Origin: Vermamoeba vermiformis
Taxonomy: Eukaryota
Assembly (NCBI GenBank): GCA_045837725.1
Contig: JBEWZL010000296.1
Span: 1-64,000, forward strand
Length of the DNA stretch: 64,000 bases
Reading direction: 5' to 3'
Below the pieces are notes generated by a model that saw only the letters and a list, made by a program, of their open reading frames with translations, was not told the origin of the DNA and made no database searches. Shown in pieces: positions 25,701-37,500 of the stretch. A program made the position numbers and the translations under genes. Within the stretch, counting starts at the first letter, position 1. The number at the start of each line of letters is the position of its first letter.

Positions 25701-27293
25701 ATGCAACCACAACTCACAGTAAGAAACATAACATTGAAATTGTTTAATTATTAATAATTTGCTAGATCAGCAGTGCAAGCGACCTCCAAAAGGCACTGAA
25801 GTCGGATCTAAATCTGGATGTTGAGTGGAATCTTATTTGCCAGCGTTTTGATTTAAACAGTTATATTCCCAAAAAATATCACCAAAAATTAGCGAAAGGA
25901 ATCGCTGCATCGACAACCGTTAGGAATATTACTGTGGATGAATTTGATGACGACAGAATCAGATCGTGGCGAATCCGATGTTTCTTGGCTATGGACGGCT
26001 TTAAAATTAACAAAATCATTGACAACTCTAAAGTTTGTAAATTTTAAGTCGCTAGATATTGTCGGAGAACTCGCAGATGCGCTCAAACAAAATTCAACTG
26101 TTACCAAAATCTGCATCAAATTCTCTAAATTTACTCGCAATAACACACAAAAACTCTTGGATGCACTTAAACAAAACTCTACAATTACTAAATTGGATTT
26201 ACTCGAAGTAAAATCAAGAGAGACCGTCGAATTATGGCGCGATTTTTTAGCTGAAACAACTACGCTAAGAAGCCTCACACTATGCAAGGCGTATATTAAA
26301 GCAGAGACAGCGAAGATATTATTCGAAGGTTTGAAGAAAAATAGCAGCATCACAGCGCTATCTTTGGATTCAAATCCGCTTGGCGAAGGATTATCGGAGC
26401 TCATTAACATTGTGCTCTCAAAGCCTTTTTTGACAAAATTAAATATTAATTATATAGAAGCAAAAACACCACAAGGAGTTGAAGCCATTTGCAAGCTACT
26501 GAAAGCGAATCATTTGGAACGGTTGGAGATCTGTCAAAGTTTTAGAAAAGGAGACAAAGAGGCACATGACAAATTGATGGAAGCACTACAATATGACCGT
26601 ACGCTTAAAGATTTCACGTTGTGCGTATTCCTGGACGAGGCCCAAAGTGTCAAGCTCGGAGATTGGATCCAAAAATCAAATTCAATAGATCGTCTCCGAA
26701 TTTACCGTTGTCGTTTTGACGAGAGTGCAGGCAAAGCTATCGGAAATGCTATTAAGAACCACAGGTCATTAAAGCACTTGGAATTCATTATTGGCATATA
26801 TTCAGCAGCGGATTCGCTGGACTGGATCTTTGACGGACTCAAAACAAATACATCAATGCGAGAGATATATATATCGCCTGCAAATGAATTCGTATTAAAT
26901 ACAAGTAATATCGAGCGTATCTGCAGCATGCTTAAAACAAATGATTCATTGATAAAGTTTTCTTACTACCTGCCAGATCCAGTGCCAAGCGAATTAATTG
27001 ACCTGCTATTAAATGCGCTTTCAGTGAACAAAACAATCGAGGAATTTAGCATGAATACACGCCGACTCAGAGAACTCGACAATTTAGTCAAAAAAAACAA
27101 ACTCGACAAAGAAGAACTGCAACGTGATTGGTGGATTTTATCGCACAACATTGCACGCGCGATGAGACACGTGTCATTTGCAGTGTTTCCAAGCGAAGTG
27201 TGGCTGCTGATCTTCTCGCACATGAGATACCGTGGCATCACTACATTTGAAACTATTGCGAGGAAAGTGTTTCGCAAGTATCGTCTGCTATAA
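25701..27293 (+). CDS. RNI-like leucine-rich-repeat protein with a C-terminal F-box-like motif; possible frameshift near 25955
   Basis: Repeats L..ALK.NST.T.L.L throughout ORF 25938-27293 and a C-terminal FAVFPSEVWLLIFSHM. First exon MQPQLT at 25701. Confidence 0.75.
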
Positions 27294-28022
27294 TAAAGCA
27301 ATACTGTTGAATGTAACGTAAACTAGAAAGAAACTATTATTATTAACTTTACGAGGCCCTAACACGTCCTGCATTTTTTGAACTCGTTATCAATTGATGT
27401 GTGCGCAACAGAGCAAGGATAATATATGAAAATGGAAGCATTAGTAGTCAATATGCTTATTCTAACGAGTTGATATGAAGCAGAAAGCGAGACGTTTAGA
27501 TCTAAAATGGCACTACTCGGATTTAAATTCAAAAGGCATTAATAATCGAAAGAAAATTACCAAAAATTACAAACAGTATTTTATCATTGGGAGTCGTCGA
27601 GATCAAGGCAATGGAAGCTCATCTGAATTTTCAAAAAATTAATTTGGCCTGCAGCTCAACCTAATTGGATTCGCATTTCATCGGAAGATCTCGCAAGCAA
27701 ATAACCAAGTTAATCAACTCGTGAGTTACTAACTACAAAATCAAAAGCACGACTGACATCCACTGGATTAGATCGACAGACGTAAAGTTGTTGAAGAATG
27801 GTCCAGACTCTTTCAACGATACTGGTGCCACAAATGCCACAAAAACAGCTGACAATGTTGTCTAGATAGATTTGACGTTATTACCTATTTGTTTCAAGAG
27901 AGGAGGGAACGAGACGACATTTCCTTTTTTGGATCCGATCACCATCTGAAAAAAAGGTTAAATACGATCGGGTGCGTAGTATTGCCTTCATAATATTCAA
28001 CGTTGCACCACGCAAGATCAAC

Positions 28023-29932
28023 ATGCGCAACTTGTTCGGACTCGTGATCTGCATCTGCTTTGGCCTCGCTTTGAGCACCTCGTATCAATGGGCTAATGGC
28101 GCTGGTGGCAGCTGGTCGACGGCTACTAATTGGAGTCCTAACGGCATTCCTGGTGCTGCTGATGATGGTAAGTCTGATCTGCTCCATCTTGCAGATCAGA
28201 TCCGTGAAAAATATTTAATTGACACGTGTCAAATTATCTTCCATACAACGTGCTCAAAATCGATTTTAAATTGATTTATTATCGATACTATGGCTCCACA
28301 AAATCGGCCTGTTTATGAGCCTCGCGATCGAATCTGGTGAAACATTAATCGCCACCCTTAAGCTTATATTAACGCGATCGTATATATAGTTGTTATCTCT
28401 GGCGATGGCTCTACTGTCCAGAACGCTTTCATCACGCTCGGCGGCAGTTCGGTTTCAGTTAACTCCTTAAGACTGGATCAACGCGAATACAACTACTATT
28501 TGCTGGGAAATGGCGCTATTACTGTTGCCAATGATTTTTATATGTCTGGAGGATCCCTTTACAGACTCAATTTGACCCTTAACGGCGATTCAAAGTACGT
28601 CCAAAAAGTAGATCTTTTTTTAGTTGTCGTATTCTGATCTTTGCAATAATTTATTATATAGGATTTCATGCGGTAGAGACGATGACGTTTGTGTCTGCGA
28701 TAGCTGCAAAGTTAAAGTGGCTAAAACTTTGAGATTTACCTACGAATTTTTCAGCGGATTCCACAAGAAGAACAATGCTGAGTTCGTTAACTTACAAGGC
28801 GCTACTACTACTATTGAATATAATAGCGTCACTAATGAAGGCAATAACGGCGTTGCTAAAGGAACTTTGATCAACTACGGCAACTTAATCTTCCAAGCCA
28901 CGATGCTAGCCTCGCCTAGTACTCCTTACGGCGATGCTCAAGCTGCTAATACCGGTTCTTGGGCAGAAATTCTTAACTACGGTAAGCCAATCAGACATTG
29001 AATTATTTTTTTACCGGATTCTGATCCCACATCCGCATCCAGGTTTTCTCGAAATTCAAACTCCTTCATATGAAGTTGGCGTGCCACTTTATGCCGATGT
29101 TCTTCATTGGGGCCACTTGTCCGGCGCTAAAATGAACATGCGCATCTTCCAACCTTCAACGCTGACCGATTCGCTCTTCTACAACCCTGACTACGAATAC
29201 AACGATCACATTGCTACTGCCAGCAGAACTGATGTGTACAATTGCACTCTTGGTGGTGACCTTCACGTCATCTTTGGCCACATCGACGTCGCTCCAGGTC
29301 AAAACGATCGACCGTAAGTGTCATAACAAAACGTCAACTCGAATCTTTTTTACTTATGGATTTAATTTTAGATTCAACCCTCAGATCGGAGATTTCTTCC
29401 CAATTTTCGTGAACAATTTGTGCACTGGCCACTGGGGCTCGATCTCTTCTGAAGGCTTGCCCAGCGGCATGGTCCTTGGTCCTCTCGTTAACGGCTCGTC
29501 TGAGAACGAGTTGGTTCACTACGGGGTTGTTATTTGCGCTTCTACCGACACCTATTGCATTCGTAAGTTTTCAGCTCGGATCTGACAGATTTGGATCTAA
29601 GGCCTGATCTTATTTTCTTTTTAACAGAGGGTGGTGGCTGGGACTTGCCTATTCCTGATCATCGCGTGCCTTTCCAGGGCGGTGGTAACGAGCCTCAAGC
29701 TGGCGGCACCTCTCCCGACGGATCACCAAATGCGGCCAACTCACCTAGTGGAACCAATCCTAACTCGCCTAGCGGAGCCAATCCTAACTCGCCTAGCGGA
29801 GCCAATCCTAACTCGCCTAGCGGAGCCAATCCTAACTCACCCAGTAGCAATATTAAGGTGTCAATTGCTACTTCAACTACATTGATGAGCGTTTTCTTCG
29901 TCGCTATGATCGTGCTCTCATTGATGATGTAA
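28023..29932 (+). CDS. Cell-surface protein: signal peptide, W..G.W...NWSP..P...D beta-helix-like start, Ser/Pro/Asn stalk and hydrophobic C-terminus (probable GPI signal)
   Basis: MRNLFGLVICICFGLALS, WANGAGGSWSTATNWSPNGIPGAADD, SPSGANPN repeats and a terminal SVFFVAMIVLSLMM*. Confidence 0.75.
29738..29845 (+). repeat. 24-bp coding tandem repeat (NSPSGANP, about 4.5 copies)
   Basis: aactcgcctagcggagccaatcct units seen directly. Confidence 0.92.
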
Positions 29933-30061
29933 TAAACGATTATCTTAATTTGACAATATATATTGATTAATAATGATACAATAGTAATTTATTTCGCATA
30001 TTAAATTGATTTTCTATAATACAAAATTGAAGGAATATTTACAAAATTAATCGCGCTTTTT

Positions 30062-32802
30062 TTACAATTCTTTTTTCGGGTCTATACTGTCGCTGGATCT
30101 ACTCAAGTTGTCACTTGTACTGTCCTCTACATCATCTAATTTGATATACTTCATCAATACTGACTTCAGTTGTGACAATGAACATGGTTTGCGCACAAAA
30201 TCGTTCATGCCAGCATTGATCGCTTGATTCTTTTTCTCGTCCAATGTATGTGCTGTCAATGCTAATATCGGGGTCTTAATATTCAATTCGCGCATTTGCC
30301 GTGCTGTCTCGATGCCACCTTGAACCGGCATTTCCAAATCGAGGAATATTAGATCGTAAGTACTTCCCGATTTAATCTTTTCAACTGCTAACTGCCCATT
30401 ATCGACGATATCAACTTCGAGTCCTAATTTCTTAAAAATGCCCCTAGAAAAAATTAAGGTTAAATTTCCGCAAAGGCAACACCAAGTCAGATAGGCGATT
30501 AAATTTATGTGGAAATAAAATGTTTTTGAAAATGCGTACTTAAAGATGACTTGATTGACAGCATTATCTTCAGCCAACAATATGTCAGAAGGACGTTTCA
30601 GTTTGACTTCACCAGCACTCGCAATCTTCTTCAATTGACTGCGCGGTGACTCTAACTCCAAAGAGTTCTGTTCGCCGTTCAATGATTTTCGATTCGCACT
30701 TGCTGCTTCGAATGGCACGCACACCGTGAATTTGCAACCTTTGTTCACGCCACCGCTATGTGGTACAACAAATTAATATCACAGCGAATCAAAAACAATC
30801 AACCAGGATCCAATAATAACCGTAAGTTTTTGTTACTGGCGTGAGTGTGATTGGCGTAAACTGATCGATGTAGTCGTGGCATTGTACGTACCTTTTAACG
30901 TCTATAGCACCCTCCATCAACTTGCACAATAAGAGACAAATATTCAATCCGAGACCTGTGCCACCAATCGTGCTCTTTCGCGTGTCGGAGCTCTGCAGGA
31001 AAGATTCAATATTAGTTTCACTGAACAGAAATCTCATCGCCTTGAGTGGTGTAATATATAAGCCAAAGATGAGTATTAACATACCTGCTCAAAGGCAGAA
31101 AAAATGAGCTCAACTTCGTCCGGAGAAATTCCGCGTCCCGAGTCCTCAATCTCCAGCTTGAGATATTTTTTGTCGTTGTTTGCAGGGTTAAGGAACATTC
31201 GATCCTTATTCATCGTCTTTGAAAATTCTTCTGCCCACGTGATTGTACAGTTCACTGAAATTATTCCGCGTTGTGTAAATTTGACTGCATTCGACAGCAA
31301 ATTCAATAACACTTGTTTGAGCCTCATTTCATCGGCTAAAATTAGCTCGGGTACGTCGTCGCTAATATGAGCCTCGCACTTGACTCGATCTTTCTTCTGC
31401 GTGATCAACGGAGAAATGACTTCCATCGAGGTTTTGATTACTTTGCGAATATTCACCGTGCTTTTTGTAAGAATCATTTTCTCAGCTTCCAACTAAGGAA
31501 TAATCTTAATAAGAATTCAATTCGTCTCGATAGTACGGAGCAAAATAATTGCAAAAATTATATGACAAAATTAATAGTCTTAGGCATTCACTTAGAGTTG
31601 ATCGCTACCTTGGAAAAGTCCAAAATGTCGTTAATTACTTGCAATAAATTCTTGGAACAGGCCTGAGTGATTTCAACTAATTTTCGGTATTCATCGGCCA
31701 AGGGTGCAAACGCCATAATATCTGCGGCACCGATAATGCCAGATAAAGGAGTTCTGCACAAAGTATAAGACCGGATATTTCCATATAAGGCAATGCCATA
31801 ACGTACCGCAGCTCGTGGCTCATGCGACATAAAAAGTCGGATTTGTGTTTGTTGGCTTTTTCAAGAAGAGCAATTGCTTCTTGCATTTGCCATTGCGATA
31901 CTATAATAATCATAAACTCTAGCATCGTGTTCAATTGCGAGCATTGGCTGCACGAGAATAAAATTAATGAATTTGGATCCGATCCAAAACTTGTAAAGCG
32001 AATGTTGTGAGTCGTAGATTAAGCTATTTTTGCAATATTCTAATAGTATATCATACGATCGCAATATTATCTATTAGTTGATAACTTACTAGATTACTGT
32101 GACTTTTTCTTCTGGTGTCATATTCGGTGGAAAAAAGTTCACGCCGTTCATTTCCATTCGGTAAAATAAATGGTTCATCACTAACAAAGTTGCACTGCCT
32201 CCTATAAGTCCGTTTTCGCCTATTGGATGAAGGACCATTTAATTTAATTTTCGTGAATTAACCATTTTTAGCAATTTGAATTTAATTTTCGTCTATTATT
32301 AACGAATATAAGAGAAACATACCAAAAAATAGGCCAAGAAAGTATAATAATGAATGGCTTCTTATCGCGAGGGTTATAGCTCCGCCAAACAACAGATTTG
32401 CCATGAAAGTTAAACCCATTAAGATTGCAAATAATGTAATCGCTCCTAGTTTTTGAGAACCAGTCCATAATATTAGATATGATACAAAAAATATAGCGAC
32501 AAGTGAGCCGAGACCGCCGAGTGGAAACCAAGGGTCATCCGGATGTTCTAAATTTTTCTGTAAGTTCAAATTAATTTAATTGAGGTCCGCTTACTCGTAA
32601 TCGCTGCTGTAGTAACAAAAAATACCGCAAAAAATGCTAATCTGATCAAAGCTTTGAGCAATAATTTGATCTTTTCAACGTTTGTCGGCAGGCCCAGATT
32701 CCCACTGTATTGCTTCCGCCAAAACTTCTTGTACGCAACATTTGTTATAGCCTCCTCTAAGACTCTATATCTTTCGCAAAGGTCGTCCAATTTGCGAAGC
32801 AT
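30062..32802 (-). CDS. Membrane-bound hybrid sensor histidine kinase (TM sensor, HisKA, HATPase_c, REC)
   Basis: KSDFLCRMSHELRTPLSGI, RLKQVLLNLLSNAVKFT, EDSGRGI, GGTGLGL, LLAEDNAVNQ, LIFLDLEMP and AGMNDFVRKP. Several N-terminal TM helices. Confidence 0.93.
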
Positions 32803-33370
32803 TGTGGTGCACCAAGATCGTTCGTAACGGAAACAGAAATTCCTCTTTTGGAAGAGACCGTGCCTCGGAATTTAACTAAAATTACTAATAGCTTTTATCA
32901 TAATTACAAGCCATAAGCTCAGTGTTTGCATGCACCTTGCTCAATTCGGCGGATTTGCAGTCGTTTTTTTCGATCGAACAGAAATTATTTAATTTCGAAT
33001 ATTGTATTTGTAATTTTAATTAACTCGATCCGAAGCAATGTACTGATTGTTGGTTCCAATATCTGGTTTATTCCTCCGATTAATTAATTATTTTTTTCTT
33101 GTGTGGATCTGTGTTATTAAGTGCTCCAAGTGTGGATCATGATCTAGATCTTCGTGTAATCACGTATTATGTCTTGGATTGCTCTTTGGTCTGAAACTTA
33201 TGCATTACCGGTCATCCATCTCTCTGATCTTTCCGCAGTTTAGCAAATCCCTTGACTATTGCTGTGACAATACTCCTGACTACTGCATCAACTTGAAGCA
33301 CTAGAGATCGAGCCTAATACTTCAAGCAGAGGAAGCATTCAAGATCCGATCACGTATTTCATGAAGTAAC

Positions 33371-33453
33371 CTGAAGTTAGTTTAACTAATAGAAATGTAT
33401 TATGTATATTGAATATAGTAAATAATTCGACCAGTGAATCTAATCATCCTTAC
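33371..33453 (-). other. Spliceosomal intron in the extended 3' UTR of the RRM gene
   Basis: Minus strand AAG|gtaagg...AT-rich...ctaacttcag|G, 83 nt, flanked by more GC-rich non-coding sequence. Confidence 0.65.
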
Positions 33454-33779
33454 CTTGACTCCAAACAGCAACCGACTAACTTCGATCGAGTTCAAGGATT
33501 CAAGGTTCGGCTTGACTGAGGACCCCCTTCGATACAACGCAACATAATCACAACAGTTATGGGGGGATTTATTGAACGGCCTCACAGCCACGAGGAAAGA
33601 GCATTGGGGTCGATCGACTGAGTCCATCAAACGCAACAAACGCAACCATCGCACAATCGCTTTCAAGTCGCACAACAGAAGTCCAATAACTAGGGAATTA
33701 TACTAGGGCATATTTCGCATACAAAATTGTAGAGGATGAAGAGAGGGAAGGGGATTTGGGATGAGGATGGGAAGTGATT

Positions 33780-34423
33780 TTAGTAATCGTCGTGTCTGTT
33801 GTAACGATCACCGCCACCACGGCCACCGCGGAAACCGCCACCACGGCCTCCACCGCGACCACCACGGAAACCGCCACCTTCTGTTAATAAACCGAGTTAG
33901 ATTTGGATTTTGATGCGGTTGATCAAAAATTTGCAAAAAAAATCGAAATGAAGATCGGACCACAGGATAGTGATGGTCACGATTAGGATATTACTGATCT
34001 TATAAAGATCATATTTACCTCTTCTATCACCATAAGGAGAATCTCTGCGATCACCACCGCGGAAACCACCGCCACGGCCTCCACCGAAGCCACCACGGCG
34101 AGAACCACCGTCGTCTATATTAACAGTGCGTTAGTAACATGTTTTAACAATGATCGGAGAGTTTCTGACTTACCAGACTTGGGGGTAGCAAGATCGCATC
34201 GGATGTTACGGCCATCCAAATCGGCGCCGTTCATCTTAGCAATGGCAGCTTCAGCGTCATCCTTGCTAGCAAAGACGACGAAACCGAAGCCCTTGGACTT
34301 GCCGGTGTCGCGGTGAATAACGACTTGAGCAGATTCGACTTCACCGTAGGGTTCGAAAGCTTGACGAAGAGAATCGTCATTAGTAGCCCAGGCGAGACCT
34401 CCAACGAAAACTTTAGCAGACAT
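33780..34423 (-). CDS. Glycine-rich RNA-binding protein (one RRM + RGG tail; GRP/CIRBP-like)
   Basis: RNP2 VFVGGL, RNP1 KGFGFVVF and two downstream RGG/FRGG exons. Stop after ...RHDDY at 33780. Confidence 0.92.
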
Positions 34424-34583
34424 GATGTTTGATGTATGTGATGTGTTTAACGAATGAGACAGAAATTTTTTTGCTCTTTTGTCGTTTTTTTTTGCTGCGC
34501 AAAAATTTCAGCGGATGCAGATCGCGAAGAAATATTTCAACCAATCAACAACCAATCAAATTCTTCACCGTTAACCGTTCACA

Positions 34584-37500
34584 ATGGTACGCTCGGTTAT
34601 TAGGTTCTTCGGGCTGAACATTGTCAAGATCCATTGCAATGTCTGCGAGGAAGTGTTGGATGAGAAATTCGTCCCGTGGGATTACATGTGCTGGACATGT
34701 GCCAATTTCGATTTATGCGAGAAGTGCTACAAAAATAAAAAGAATAGGCACGGACACGAGTTTCATAAACAATTAGGTGGGTAGTTTATGAAATCCGGTA
34801 AGAAAAAATCTAAATTTAATTTGCTAGTAACTGGCAAACATCCGAGAAATGGCAAAACAGTCTGCCAAATATTATGGTAATATTGAATTCGCTTTTTTAG
34901 TATTTAATTTAACGGTCAAAATTAGCGAGTCATTCGAACTGTATGCCACCCGGCCAGTTCTAGGCTGGAGAACGAAGAAAAAAGATTTATCATGGGACGA
35001 AAAGTTCACGTGGATCACTTACCGCGAGCTAAAAACCATGACAGACAATTTTGCGCAGAGGATTATTGGAGATCGGTCTCAAAAAAGTAGAATGTCAACT
35101 GCATCAACGTTGTATACTAACGCATTTGTAGGAGGATATAGTGGGCGTATCAGGCATTAATAGAGTCGAGTGGTTCGTCGCCGATCTAGCAACGTAAGAT
35201 AAAATTTGTTTTTATAATACTTCTAACCTCCTTAATAAGGATATTTTCTAAAGCAGTAACAGTCCCTATTCATACTACGTATGGTAAGTCTAGCTAAGTA
35301 ATTGTAGCTTTCGTGGCTAATTTGATTTTAATTGCAGACGAAAAAGTCGTTGAATTTATTTTAGAGCAAACTGAGCTCAAAATTGTTGTCTGTTCCGTCG
35401 ATTTAATAGAAAAAGTACGTAATAGGCGTTTATATAGTGATAAAGGATTAAAATTAAGCGATAATTTTTTTGGCAGTTCGCGGTTGCTGAAGACTCGTGT
35501 CCTAAATGGGAAATCTTAGTTTGCATGGACAATGTCAAACAAAAGGACTTGCCAATGCAATTCAAGAGGATAAAGTACTACACTTTCAACGATATAATGA
35601 AGCTCGTAAGTCACAATAGATCTGACCCGCGAGAAAAGGGCGAAGTAACATTTTTGTTATTGTAGGGCAAGAAGTCAAAGCTCAATCCGCACGACATACC
35701 CGACCAGAACGAAAACGACATGTTCACAATCAATTACACGAGTGGCAGCACTGGCATGCCAAAGGGTGTCATGCACTCGAACAAGGCTTTTTTGGCTGGT
35801 AAGAGCAAGCGATTAATTAACTTAGTAGCTAAAGTTTGTATCCCATAACTTAATTACAAGAATGGTGAAATTTTGCAAACGGATCTGATCGACAGATCCA
35901 CCTATCTTCTGAATATGAATGGCGACTTTTACTGATTTTGATGCTTACGACTATATCATAGGCTTAACAAAGTTCCCCGACACGATGGCCGTAACATTCA
36001 GCTACGAGCCACTGGCGCACAGCACGCGTCAAAATGACATCCAATTCTTCACGAATGGTGGTCGAATAGGACTCATCTCAGAGCTTAAAAATCTGTTTGA
36101 AGACTGTCAAATGGTCAATCCGACCACTATGGCTGGCGTGCCTCGTGTGTGGAACAAATTGTACAGTGAGTTCAACGAGGCTTTGTCCGCTGCTACACAG
36201 GGCCAGCCTAAAGAGGTAAAGAGCATCAATATACTTACTATACACGTGCTAATATGACCTTATGTTTAGCAACATCGAGCTATTGAGCGAAAAGTGCTGA
36301 GAGAGTTCGGCAAATTGCTCGGCAATCGCATCGAGGTAATCAGTGTTGGCGGAGCTCCGCCGAGCAAAGCAGTGATGAATTTCTTGCGACGATGCTTCCG
36401 ATGCTTTGTCGTTGACGGCTATGGCATCACTGAGGTGGGAGGTGTTACTGCAGATAGCACAGTAGACAACGATGCTCGTAAGAAGTTCACTCCATTGATT
36501 TGTTGGACACGAGTACCTGACGCTAATTTTATGACAGAATTGAAGCTGGTCGATTGGATGGAGTATAAGACCACCGATGATCCTCCTCGAGGCGAGATCG
36601 TAGTAAAAAGGTATGACTTAATTTGGTTACTTTTTTTAATTCGCACTTTCAGTCGCCAAATGGCCGCGGGATATTTCAAGAACGAAAAAGCCACGTAAGT
36701 GCGTCAATACTAAGAATATAACGATTTAATGCATTTGTATGGTAGCTCTGATGCTTTCAAGGACGGGTGGTTTCATACGGGAGATATCGGCGAGATGACT
36801 AAAACAGGATTAAAAGTTATTGGAAGAAAGAAACAAATCTTCAAGTTAGCGCAAGGCGAGTACGTTAGCCCTGAGCGACTCGAAAACATCTTTCAAAAGA
36901 GCGAATTTATCGATCAAATATTTATTCATGGCGATTCTTATCAAACTTACTTGGTACGTTTCCAAAGCCTTTATTACCATAAAAGGAAAAAAATCTAAAA
37001 TTCTCCCTAGGTAGCCGTTATTGTCATCAATACGGGTATTGTTATTCATTGGGCGAAGGGCAAAGGATTAGACGTAAGTTTACACGGTACTTACGCAGAA
37101 CTCGTCGCTGAGCAATGTTCTATTTTTAGACTTCAAACTTGGACAAACTATGCACGTCAAATGAGCTTTTCGAACAGATCATGTTTGAAATAGTCAAGTA
37201 CTCCACGGTAGAGAAGTTACTGCCATATGAGATCCCGCGTAACTATCATTTGACTACGGAGAAATTCACTATTGAGAACAAGAGAATGACGAGCTCTGAA
37301 AAGATTTGCAGACCTCAATTGGAAGCAGATTACAAGCAGTTGTTGCAAGACTTGTACAAGACCGCTGATGGCGCGACAGGTTAGTGTTCTTATTTTCCTT
37401 TTATGGAAATATCGATTAATAATCATTTGCAGAGGACAAACTCGTGCTAAATGAAGCTAACATTAAGAGACTGATGAATAACTTCACGCAAGAGACCGTC

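Noticed and set aside
29738-29845. Regular repeats resembling a CRISPR array or circumsporozoite NANP repeats
   Set aside because: No spacers; an in-frame coding minisatellite in a eukaryotic gene, with only compositional similarity to CSP.
31930-32090. Apparent frameshift in the histidine kinase
   Set aside because: Resolved by one intron (ATCTA|gtaagt...gtgcag|CCAA) giving VIYQCSQLNTMLEF.
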